From the NCBI GenBank assembly GCA_963717935.1, contig CAVQXP010000004.1, forward strand, positions 1,664,001 through 1,728,000: a DNA stretch of 64,000 nucleotides. Reading direction: 5' to 3'. A program made the position numbers and the translations under genes. Source of the DNA: Candidatus Eiseniibacteriota bacterium (lineage in GTDB: Bacteria; Eisenbacteria; RBG-16-71-46). The notes under the pieces were generated by a model. It made no database searches, was not told where the DNA came from, and saw nothing but the letters and a program-made list of their open reading frames with translations. Position 1 is the first letter of the stretch, and each line of letters starts with the position of its first letter. Below, piece after piece: positions 11,088-24,336 of this stretch.

Positions 11088-14064
11088 TCACGCCCCGGGC
11101 TTGTAGATGACGCCGCGGTTCTGGCGGCCGTTCATCTTCACGAGCAGCGGCTGCTCGAAGCGCAGCAGGCGCACGTGCCCGTCCACGGCCTCGGCCGGCT
11201 GTGCGGCGAGCCAGTCCCAGTCCACGAAGCCTTCGCCATGTTCCGGGTTGGCGGTGAAGTAGCCGATCTGGAACGAGGTCAGGTTCTGGAAGAAGTGGCT
11301 GCCCTGCGAGGGCGTGACGCGGAAGTCGCGGAACCCGGCCTCGACGATGACGCGCGCTCCGGAGATCTCGTCCCAGGTGACGGGGATGCCGAGCCACGGG
11401 TCGGTCGAGCCCCAGCGCCCCACGCCGATCAGCAGGTAGGGCGCGCCGCGCGCGAGCAGCTCGGCGTTGAAGCGCGCCACGGCGCGGGCGGCCTGGGGGC
11501 TCTGGGCGCGGTCGAAGCGGTGGAAGTCCACCACCACGACGTGCCGCAGGTCGTCCACCTGGCCGTTGCCCAGCACCTTGGGGCTCAGGCACAGGAGCCG
11601 CGCGGGATCCGTGTCGTCGATCTCGAGCGCGGCGGTCTCGCGCGCGAGCACGAGCGGGCGCATCTGCAGGAAGCCGAACTCGCGCGGCGCCCCGGGGGGC
11701 ACGTCGAGGCGCACCGCGAACTCGATCTCGGTGGCGCGGTTCATGCCGTGTCCAGCCATGTCGAGCAGGGCCTCGAGGATCTCGGCGAGCGGGAAGACGC
11801 CGTGCTTGAGCACGGGCGCGAAGGAGACCAGCCGCACGCCGGGCCGCGACAGCCCGTCGTAGACGACGCTGTTCTCGTGCGAGTAGGTGGAGCCGAGCGC
11901 GAAGAGCGTCCCGTCCGCCTCGGCGACCTCGAGGTCGAAGCGGCTCTCCCGCAGTTCCCGCTCGGGGTCCCCGCTCGCGGCGGGGTCCAGCTCCAGCGCC
12001 CAGAACTGGCGCTGCGAGTTCCTGACCATGTCCTTCACGGACGAGAACTGCAGCAGGTGCTGCGGGTAGCGCGGGCAGAAGGTCAGGCACTTCTCGCCCT
12101 CGACCACCGAGCGGCCGAGTCCGAGCGCCACGGCGGCCACGCCGTCCTCGGACTTGAGCGGGAGGGTGGGATAGAAGTTGAAGGAGCGGGCCACCCCGGA
12201 GAAGATCCGGATAGAAGCGCCCGCCGTGCGGCGCGCCGACGACCTTCTGCAGGATGACCGCCATCTTCTCTTCTTCGAGCCGGTAGGGCGTGGCCCGCAG
12301 GTAGCCCCGCGCGTGACGGCTGAAGGTGGAGGCGTACACGCGCCGGATGGCGTCCAGGAGCCGCTTGAGCCGCACGCGCGGGTCGGGGTTGTGGTTCGGC
12401 AGCATGAAGGTCTCGTAGACCCCGGTGAACGGCTGGTACTGCGAGTCCTCGAGCAGGCTCGACGAACGCACCGCCAGCGGGCAGCGCACGGCGTCGAGGA
12501 ACGCGGTCAGGTCGGCGAGCACGTCGTCGGGGAAGCGGGCGGCGAGGAAGCGCCGCTGGATCTCGCCTTCGTCGTTCGAGTGCAGGGCCAGGTCCAGCAG
12601 GTCGTTCTCGACCAGGAAACGGTCGAACACGTCGGTGGCCAGCACCACCGCCGCCGGCACGCCGATGTGCACGTCGGGGAAGCGCCGGTTCAGCTGGCGC
12701 AGGCCGAGCAGCCGCCGCACGAAGGCGAGGCCCCGCGCCTTGCCGCCGAGCGAGCCCCCGCCGATGCGAAGGAAGAAGGGGGCCGCGGGGTCGAACGTCC
12801 TGGGGTCGAAGTCCCCGACCAGCGATTCGGCCTGCTCGCGCCGGTACCCGGCGATCGAATCGATCAGGTCCTCGCGCAGCTCTTCGAGGCTGGCGTAGTC
12901 CGGGACCTTGCGCGGGCGCAGCCGGTGGGCCAGCGCGAACTCGGTGCGGGCGGTGAGCCAGTTGGAGAAGTGGTTGCGCTCGGCGTGGTAGCCGACGCTC
13001 TCCGCGGGCACGGTGTGCAGCTTGGCTTCGAGCGACTTGAGGTCGGCGGCGCGATCCACCTCGCGCCCGTCGGGCAGCCGGAAGACGAAATCGCCGAAGG
13101 CGAACTGCTCGACCAGGAAGCGGCGCAGGTCCTGGAGCATGGCGTCCGAGCCCTTGAGCAGGAAGGGCATGCCCGCCGCCTGCGCGCGCGCGGCGAACTC
13201 CACGCGGCCGGACTGGATCAGGATGGGCAGGTCGAACGCGTGCTGGCGCGCCATGCGGGCCAGCTCGAAGCCGGCCTCGCGGGACAACTCGCGGCCGCGC
13301 GGGAACTCCACGTCGGTGATGATGCCCAGCAGGTGGTCGCGGTGGGCCAGGAAGCGCTCCCAGGCCTCCTCGAAGGTCGTGCACAGGAGGATCTTGGGGC
13401 GGGCGCGCAGCCGCACCAGCTTGTGGGAGAGGTTCACGCCCTCGCTGATGAGCCGCTCGGACTGGCGGATGATCTCGGTGTAGATGGTGGGCAGGAACGA
13501 GGAGTAGTAGCGGATGTTGTCCTCGACCAGGAGGATGACGCGCACCCCCGTCGCGCGCGTGTCGTGCGCCGCGTTCCGCTGGTCCTCGATGGTGTTGACG
13601 ATGGCGAGCAGGATGCGCGCATTGCCCTGCCACAGGAAGCAGCGCTCGATGCCCGTGGTGTCGGCGCGCGCGACGAAGTCGCCGAGTTCCCGGTCGTCGT
13701 AGGCCAGCACCACGACCGGCACGTCCAGGCCGGCCGCGCGGACCGCGCGCGCCAGGTCGGTCGCGTCCATGTCGCCGGTCTGGATCGTGGTGACGATGAG
13801 GTTGAAGCGCGGTTGCTCGCGGGCCAGGGCCAGCGCCTCGGCGCCGCTCGAGACGTGGGTGATGCCCGGCGTGCGATGCAGGTTGAGGTCGAGGTACTCG
13901 CTCAGGATGAGCTCGTTCAGCCGCCCGTCCTCCTGCAGCGTGAAGGCGTCGTAGAGGCTGGAAACGAGCAGGATGTCCTGCACCCGCCAGGGCATCAGGT
14001 CCTGGAAGCCCTGCAGGGTGCCGCCCGGCGCAGGGTCCGACAGGCGGGGCGCCGCGTCATCCAC
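11088..14064 (-). CDS. PEP/pyruvate-binding (PPDK_N) domain protein with N-terminal receiver-like domains (frameshift near 12200)
   Basis: ILLVSSLYD and ILLVEDN receiver-like segments; GSLGGKARGL, AVRSSSLLED, EKMAVILQKVVG; C-terminal GRWGSTDPWLGIPV...PSQGSHFFQNL in ORF 11088..12194. Confidence 0.85.
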
Positions 14065-14079
14065 GGGTCACCTCCGAAG

Positions 14080-14114
14080 AAAAAGGCGCGGAGTGGAAGC
14101 CTCCACCCCGCGCC
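14080..14114 (-). terminator. Intrinsic terminator after gdhA
   Basis: Minus strand GGCGCGGGGTGGAGGCTTCCACTCCGCGCC hairpin followed by TTTTT. Confidence 0.75.
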
Positions 14115-14135
14115 CGTGCATCGTGAAGATCCGCT

Positions 14136-16575
<2,440 letters not shown>

Positions 16576-16683
16576 CGGGCCATACATCGCATGCCGGGCC
16601 CGCGGCCGCAAGTGCGGACCGTGGGCCCGGCATTGACCGCCCCGGCCCGGGCGGGGATACTGCGCGCGGCCGGGACGGCGACC

Positions 16684-18603
16684 ATGCCCTTGAAACGGAT
16701 CTCATCGCTCATTCTGCTGCTCTTCCTCGCCGGGATCGCGGGCGCCGCCTCCGATCCGGCCATCCCCACCCGTGCCCGCGAGCAGGCCGCAGCGCTCTAC
16801 CAGCGCTCGCTCGGGTGGCTCGCGCACGACACGGTCGAGACGCGCCGCCAGGCGGTGCAGGCGCTGGAGGAGGCCACGGTCCTCGATCCCGGAAACGCCA
16901 CCTACGAGCTGGCGCTGGCCCGGGCCTACTACCACGGCGGGCAGCTGAGGAACGCGCGCCAGCGCTTCGAGCGGGTGGCGCGGATCCAGCCCGGGGACGC
17001 GGCCGGCCACCGGGGCCTGGGCCTCATCTGGCGGCGGGACTGGCTCAAGTACCTCGACCGCCGTTCGCTCGACCGGGCGGTGGAGCATCTCGAGACGGCG
17101 GCCCGGCTCGACTCCGGGAACACGGATGCCTGGCTGACGCTGGCGCCGCTGCGCGTCGAGCAGGGCGACCTTGCGGGCGCCTTGCGGGCCGCCTTCCGCG
17201 CGCTGCGCTCCGATCCCGGCCGGTCCGAGGCCCGTCTCGCCGTGGCGCACGCGCTGTACCGGAGCGGGATGCTGCGCGAGGCCGACAGCGTCTTCGGCGC
17301 CACCATCCCGCGGCTCGGGACCAGGGTGCGCGAGCGCTACGAGGACATCAGCCCGGTCGCCACCGAGCAGGACACGGCCCTCCTGCGCAGCCTGCCGCGG
17401 GCGGACAAGGCGGCCTTCGTCGAGCGCTTCTGGCGGGAGAACGACCCGGATCTCACCACCGCCGAGAACGAGGCGCGCCTGGAGTACTGGTCGCGCGTGA
17501 CGCAGGCCTACTTCCTGTTCTTCGACGTGAAGCGCGGCGGCTGGGACGAGCGCGGCGAGGTCTACGTGCGCTACGGGCCGCCCGCCGAGATGCAGTACAA
17601 CCCGCTGGGCGGGAAGCTGAGCTGGGCCTTCGGCACCGGACCGGAGTCCGCCGCGCGAACCTGCTGGTGTGGAACTACCCGGAGCTGGGCATGCGGTGGC
17701 CCTGCGAGGACCGGCTGCTCTCCGAGCACTACCTGCTGCCGGTCTCGCGTTACTCGGACCCCGACCCGCTGCCCGATCCCGACTCGCTGGCGAGGTGCGC
17801 GGACGCGCTCGGCACGCGCGGCGGGCGCGGCGTGTTCCACCTGCTTCCGCCGGGCACGAAGCCGCTGCCGCTCGAGGGCCTCGTGGCCCGCTTCGAGGGC
17901 AGCGCCGGCCCGCGCGTGCTCGTGCAGTTCGAGATGCCCGGAGGGCCGGCCGACAGCGTGTGGGCCGACTGGGCCGTGCTCGACTCGGCGCGGGTGGTGC
18001 GCGCGCGCGCCTCGCTCCTGCTCGGGCCCTCGGCGTGCGCGGCCGCGACCCGGCGCGTCGGCGACTTCGCGGCCGATCTCGAGCCCGGCCCCTACGTCGT
18101 CAGCGTGACCGTGCGCGACGGCGCGGGCCGGCCGCGGCGTCCTGCGCGCGCCGGTCGAGCTCGCAGCCGCGCGGCCGGTGCTGGCGCTGAGCGACGTGGT
18201 CATCGCCTGCGGCGTCCCGGAGAACGGGCGCCGGCCCGGTGCGCATCGAGCCCAACCCGGGCGCGCGGGTCGCCGGGGCCGGGCCGCTCACGGCCTACTT
18301 CGAGATCTACCACCTGCAGCCCGAGAGCGACGGGCTCGCGCGCTTCGAGTACGTCTACACCGTGCGGTCCACGACGCCGGACGACTCGCGCCACTGGATG
18401 GCGAAGCTCTTCTCGCCCGCGCCGCCGCCCGGCCGTCTCGGTCTCGCGCGAGGAACAGCACCTGGGCGCGCTGCGGCGGCAGTTCATCTCGGTGCCGGTG
18501 GGCTCGCTGCGCGCCCGGGCGCTACCGGCTCGAGATCAGCGTGCGCGACCTGGTCGCCGAGACCTCGGTCGCGAGGAAGCTGGGGTTCGTCAAGACGCGG
18601 TAG
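16684..18603 (+). CDS. GWxTD-domain protein with N-terminal TPR repeats (multiple frameshifts)
   Basis: Signal peptide; TPR-like helices; FWRENDPDLTTAENEARLEYWSRV...GWDERGEVYVRYGPP; C-terminal LSDVV, YFEIYHL and PGRYRLEISVRDL in other frames. Confidence 0.8.
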
Positions 18604-19458
18604 GTGGCGCGGGGCCCGCCGCCGGACGCGGGCCTCGGCTCCCGGCCCACCCGCGCCACGGGCGATGATCGCTTCCATCGTCGTGGACGTCGGCCGTTGC
18701 TGGCGAGGATCTCGCGGCCGTCGAGCCGCGAACTCGCCGCCGTCGTAGGCGGTCACGAGGCCGCCCGCCTCGCGCACCAGCAGCATGCCCGCCGCCACGT
18801 CCCAGGGCGAGAGGGACGTCTCCCAGAAGCCGTCGAAGCGCCCGCAGGCCAGGTAGCAGAGGTTCAGCGCGGCCGAGCCGTCGCGGCGGACGGCCTGCGC
18901 GCGCACCAGGAAGGCCTCGACAGGGGGCAGCGAACGCTCCGGGTGCTCGCGCACGTCGTAGGGGAAGCCGGTCACGAGCAGCGCGTCCTCGACGCGCGCG
19001 ACGTCCGAGACGCGGATGGGCGCGGCCGTTCAGCGTTGCGCCGTGTCCCGGCGGCCGCCGCGAACAACTCGTCGCGCACTGGGTCGTAGACCACGCCCGC
19101 GGCCAGGCCGGCCCGCGACCTCGGCGGCGATGGAGACGCAGAAGAACGGGTAGTTGTGCGTGAAGTTGGTGGTGCCGTCGAGCGGGTCCACGATCCAGCG
19201 CAGCGCCCCCGGCGCGCCCGCCGGGTCGCCGGCGTGCGCGCCCGACTCCTCGGCGAGGATGGCGTGGCCGGGGAAGCGCTGGCGGAGGCCGTCGAGCACC
19301 AGACGCTCCGAGCGGCGGTCGTACTCGGTGACCAGGTCGATGCGGCCCTTGCGCTCGGGGACGTGCGCGCGGCCGTGGCCCTCGCGCAGGATGGCGCCGG
19401 CCGCGCGGGCCAGCTCCACGGCGGCGTCGCGCAAATCGCGCGGATCGGTCGCGCTCAC
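18604..19458 (-). CDS. suhB: Inositol monophosphatase family protein (frameshifted; 3' end approximate)
   Basis: DLVTEYD, ILAEES, WIVDPLDGTTNF, RRDGSAAL, SPWDVAAG. GTG start overlaps the helicase stop. Confidence 0.88.
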
Positions 19459-22433
19459 GCCGGCCCCCGCGCGGCGCTGTGGATGCAGAAGCGCGAGTAG
19501 GGGCAGTAGCCGCAGTTGCGCTGGTCGGGCTTCGGCGGGAACTGGGCGCTGCGGATGCCAGCCGCGGCCTTCGCGACGCGCTCGCGGGCGCGCTCGAGGT
19601 GCTCGGGCTTCACCTCGCCCGAGCCCACCGTGCCGGGCCCGACGAAGTGCAGCTCGGTGCGCGCCGGCAGCACGCCGAGCGTCTCGCGGTAGGCCAGGGC
19701 GTAGAGCCCGAGCTGGCCGTCGCTGCAGGTCGGTCTTCGCGCGCTCCGCGGCCTTCTCGGGGTCGCCCGACCTCGGAGGTCTTGTAGTCCACCAGCACGA
19801 TGCCCTCCGGGCGCTCGTCGATCGCGGTCCCAGCGGCCCACCACCAGGTCGTCGCCGAGCTTGAAGCGGAAGTCGCGCTCGATGGCGAGCGGCGCCTGCC
19901 GGCGTGCCTCCTCGCGCGCGACGAAGCGACGCAGGGTGTCGCGGCCCTCCTCGAACCGGCGCTCCTCGTGCTCGCGCGAGTAGAAGCCCTCGCTCGACCA
20001 CGCGCCGGTCGAAGGCACCGAGACCACGTCGTCGACGGTGATGGGCAGCCCCTTCATGCGGTGCTGGTGGTAGACGCGGATGGCATGGTGGATGGCCATC
20101 GCCGTACATCACAGTCGGGTTCGAGCCGAGCGGCACCTGCGCGACGTGGGCGTAGCGGTACTTGAGCGGGCAGGTGAGGTAGTCGTCCACCTGACCGAAC
20201 GAGATGCGCAGCGGCTGCTCCGGCGGCACGGGCGCGATCTCGGCGGCGGTGCGTCCTCGGGCGCCGGCGCGTAGCGCGCGATGGATTCGAGCGCCGAGGC
20301 CGCCGCACCGCTCCTGGGCGGATTCGGCAGGTCGAGCGCCTCGATCACGAAGCGGCTCGGCTTGTGCGCGCGCTGGCCGCCGTAGTCCGCGGCGTGGGTG
20401 AGCACCAGCCGGTCGCGCGCGCGGGTCATGCCTGACGTAGAAGAGCCGCCGCTCCTCGCGGTAGTGCTCGCCGGCGTCGTCCGGCGACGCCCTTGCGCAG
20501 TTCGGGCGGGAAGGGCAATGGGTCGCCCTGCGGAAGCGCGGGAAGCGGCCCTCGACCAGGTGCACCAGGTAGACCACCGGGAACTCGAGACCCTTGGCGT
20601 TGTGGACGGTCAGCAGGTGCACCGCGTCCTCTTCGTTCTCGATCGCGGCCGCGGCCGGATCGTCGCCCATCTCGATGAGCAGGTCGAGGTGCCCCATGAA
20701 GTGCAGCCACGCGATCCTGCTTGCAGCAGCGGCCCGACGCGGGCCACGATCGAGAAGAGCCGGTTGAGGTTCAGCACGCGCTCGGCGGCCTCGGCGCTGT
20801 CGTCGGCGGCGAGCCGGCCGAGCAGTCCGCTCTCGGTCACGAACTCGTAGAGCACCTCCGAGGTCGGGCCGGCGCAGCGCGCTGGCGGCGAGCCGGCGGT
20901 GCAGGTCGGAGAAACGGCGGACGGCCTCGCGGGTGGATTCGGCCAGACCGGCCTCGCCGTCGCGCCGCCTCGCGCGGCGAGGGCGAGGAGCCCGCGGTGG
21001 CTGCGCCGGGCCGCGGCCCCGAGGCGCGCCAGGTCCACCGGGTCGGCCCCGAACACGGGATCGCCCAGCGCCAGGTAGGTGGCCGCGCCGTCGTCGGGGT
21101 CGGCCAGCGTGCGCAGGACGTTGAGGCACAGGTGCACCTCGGGCCGCGCGTAGAGTCCGCGCAGCCCGACGCGACGGAAGCGCACGCCGACGGACTTGCA
21201 GCGCGAGCGCGAACGCGTCGAGGCTGGAGTGCGCGCGCGCCAGCACGGCGAAGTCCTGCGCCTGCCGTTCCGCCGGCCGCGATCGCGGCGGCGATCTCGG
21301 CGGCCACGGTCTCGGCCTCGTCGCTGGCGCAGGCGAAGGCGCGGTGCTCGACCGGCGCGTCGATGCCGCGCCAGGCGAGCAGGCGCTTGTCGTAGCCCAG
21401 CCGCGCCTCGAGGCGGGCCGGGTTGTTGGCCTGGATGAGGCGGTGCGCCAGGTCGAGGATGCGCTGCCCGGAGCGGTAGTTCTGCGCGCAGCAGCAGCAC
21501 GCGCGCGCCGGGGAAGACCTCGAGGAAGCCGAGCAGGTTCTCGACCTTGGCGCCGCGGAAGCGATAGATGCTCTGGTCGTCGTCGCCCACCACGGTGAGG
21601 TTGCCGCGACCCTCCGGCCAGCAGTCTTCACCAGCTCGAACTGGACGTGGTTGGTGTCCTGGAACTCGTCCACCAGCACGTAGCGGTAGCGCTCCTGGAG
21701 CTCGCGCCGCAGGTAGGCGCGCTCGCGCAGCAGGCGCAGCGCGAGGCTGATCTGCGAGCCGAAGTCCACGCGCCCGCTCTCGAGCAGCAGCTTCTGGTAG
21801 GCGCCGTAGGCGCGCGCCTTCTCGAGCTCGGCTTCGGCGCGGTCGCGCAGGGCCGGGTCGTCGCCGGCGTCCGCGGCGAGCTGCGCGGCGAAGGCGGCGT
21901 ACTCCGTCCGGGCGTCACGTCCTCGTCGCGCGCGCGGTCGAAGCAGGCGACCAGGGCCTTCAGGTGCTCGTCGGGGTTGCCCAGCGGCAGGTAAGCGCTC
22001 GAGCCCCAGGTCGAAGAGCCGCTCCCGCAGGAACACCAGGATCTCGGCCGGCGTCTCGACCCGCAGCTGCGAGGTGAGTCCCAGCTCCACGGCGTGCTCG
22101 CGCACCAGCCGGTCGCAGAAGGCGTGGAAGGTGGAGAGCGTCGCGCCCACGAACCCGTAGGGCACGAGCACGTCGACGCGCGCCTCCATCTCGGCGGCGG
22201 CCTTGTCGGTGAAGGTGAGGCCGAGGATCTCCTCGGGGCGGGCGCGCTTGGTGGCGATGAGCCAGGCGATGCGGCGCGTGACGACCTGGGTCTTGCCCGT
22301 GCCCGCGCCCGCCACGATCAGGAGCGGGCCCTCGCCGTGGGTGACGGCTTCGAGCTGCTCCGGGATTGAGGCCTTCGAGGATGCGCTCGACCCCCGGTGC
22401 CGGGGCGGGACCCGGAACGGCGCCCGCGCTCAC
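19455..22433 (-). CDS. UvrD/PcrA-like helicase fused to a C-terminal PD-(D/E)XK (RecB-like) nuclease (many frameshifts)
   Basis: [61 protein letters not shown]; nuclease [32 protein letters not shown]. Confidence 0.88.
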
Positions 22434-22567
22434 GATGCGAGGCCGTCGGGAGAAAGGGAGGGGCTCACGGCCGGACGCTAGCATGGCCCGAGGCGGCACG
22501 GGCACCGGCTCGTCCCGGCGCCGGCCGCTTCCGCCCGGCGCCGAAGCCGTCTAGACTGCGCCCGCCC

Positions 22568-24155
22568 ATGAAACGTCGTGCGCGTCTCTCGCCCCGGCTG
22601 CCCTGCTCCGCCGTTCGCCGCGCTCTCCTGCGCCGGCTGCGCGGACCGCGCCCCGACGCGCGGCACGACCTGCGTCTGGATCGCGGGACGGCTGGAGCCT
22701 GCCTTCGACCCGCAGGGACCGCCCGATCCCCTGCGCTGGTCCCTCGAGCGGCTGCTCACGCGCGGTCTCGTCGAGGAGGACTCCAGCGGCGCGCTCGTGC
22801 CCGGAGCCGCGGAGCGCTGGGAGTGGTCGCCGACAGCCTCGACGCTCACCTTCCACCTGCGGCCGGGACTCGTGTTCGCCGACGGTTCCCCGTGCGGAAG
22901 CGCGGACTTCCGGCGCGCGCTGACCACCGGGCTGGGGCGCACCGACCACGGCTCGTGGGCCTGGCTGCTGGGCGCGGTCTCCGGCGTCGAGCGCGTGCGC
23001 GCCGGCAGGCCGCTGCCGCCGCTCGGCGTCGAGACGCCCGACTCCCGCACGCTCGTGCTCCGGCTGGCGCGCCGCGACCCGCTGCTGCCCGCGAAGCTCG
23101 CGCTCCCCGGCGCTGAGCGCGCCGTGGTCGGCTTCGGCGTCCGGCGGGTGGCGCGACGCCGCGGGGCTCGGACCGTACCGGGTGCTGGGGGAGGAGCCCG
23201 GGCGCGCGCTCACGCTGGTACGCCGGCGCGCGGGCGCGGCCGGTCCCGACACGATCGTGGTGCGCTTCCAGCCCCTGGCCGCGCGGGTGCTGACCTTCCT
23301 GCGGGCGAACGCCGCCGACCTGGTCTGGCCGCTGCCCGCCACGCTGGAGGCGGCGGCCGCGCCGCCGGGCTTCCGGCTCGGGGTGCGCGCGGCCGCGCCG
23401 CCGGCGCACGCTGTTGCTCGTCATGCGCGCCGATCTGCCGCCCACCTCGCGCCTGGCGACGCGGCACGCGCTGGCGCACAGCGTGAACCGGGACCGGGTG
23501 CTGGAGTTGCTGGGGCGGCGTGCGGGGCGGTTGGGGAGCTGGTTGCCGGGGGCGGGGCCGTACGACTTCCCCGCGCTGGACGAAGGGCAGGCCCGGGAGT
23601 GGATGGGGCGTGGGAAACTCGGCCAGGCCTTCCACGTGGTGATGGGCTACGACGCGGATGGCGTGGGCGCCACGGTGGCAAGGGCCTTGCAAGGGGATTG
23701 GTCGAGGTTGGGGATTTACGCGGAACTGCGCCCGCTGCGCGGACGGAAGCTCGAGCGCGAGTTGCTCGGCGGTCTCTCGCATCTCGTTCTGGTCGAGGAG
23801 CAACCCTGGACGGACGATCCGGCGGGTACCGCTGGCCTCGCTCGTCATGCCCCTGCGCGGGCCAGCCGTGGGCGCGTTCCGCACGGGATGGCGGACGCGG
23901 GAGTTCGATGGTCTGCTCGGCCCGGCGCGGGGCTCGACCTCGCCCGGCCCGGATGCGGCGCAGGCGCGCCTGCGCGAGGACCTGGCCGTACTTCCCCTGG
24001 CGCGGTTGCCGTGGGTCTGGCTGGCGCGGGAGAAGGGTGCGCCCCTGTCCTTCCACCCGCGCTTCGGGCCAGGTTGCGCAGGGTTCGGGTGGTCCGCCCC
24101 GGCGGGGTCAGCCGCGACGGAGTCCCCCGGCGGCCCACCCCCGACCCGGCGTTAG
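22568..24155 (+). CDS. ABC transporter substrate-binding protein, family 5-like (frameshifted)
   Basis: RGLVEED...LVPGAAERWEWS...LTFHLRPGLVFADGSP, GPYRV, RHALAHSVNR. Possible lipobox LSCAGC. Boundaries approximate. Confidence 0.65.
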
Positions 24156-24336
24156 GCAGGGATCCCGCCGCCGGGTTATCATGTAGGTCGGACACGCCTC
24201 TTGCGAAGCTCTCCGGGCCCGCTCGAACATCCGAGATGACCACATCCATGCCCGTCCCCACCCCGCGTGTTGTCCCGGCCGATCTCTCGGCCGCCCAGGC
24301 TGCCATCACGCTCTGTGCAACTCCCCGGGAGAACCC

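Noticed and set aside
19455..20170. Cas4-like nuclease suggesting a CRISPR or defence locus
   Set aside because: It is the C-terminal domain of the helicase and lies among housekeeping genes, with no cas1 or array.
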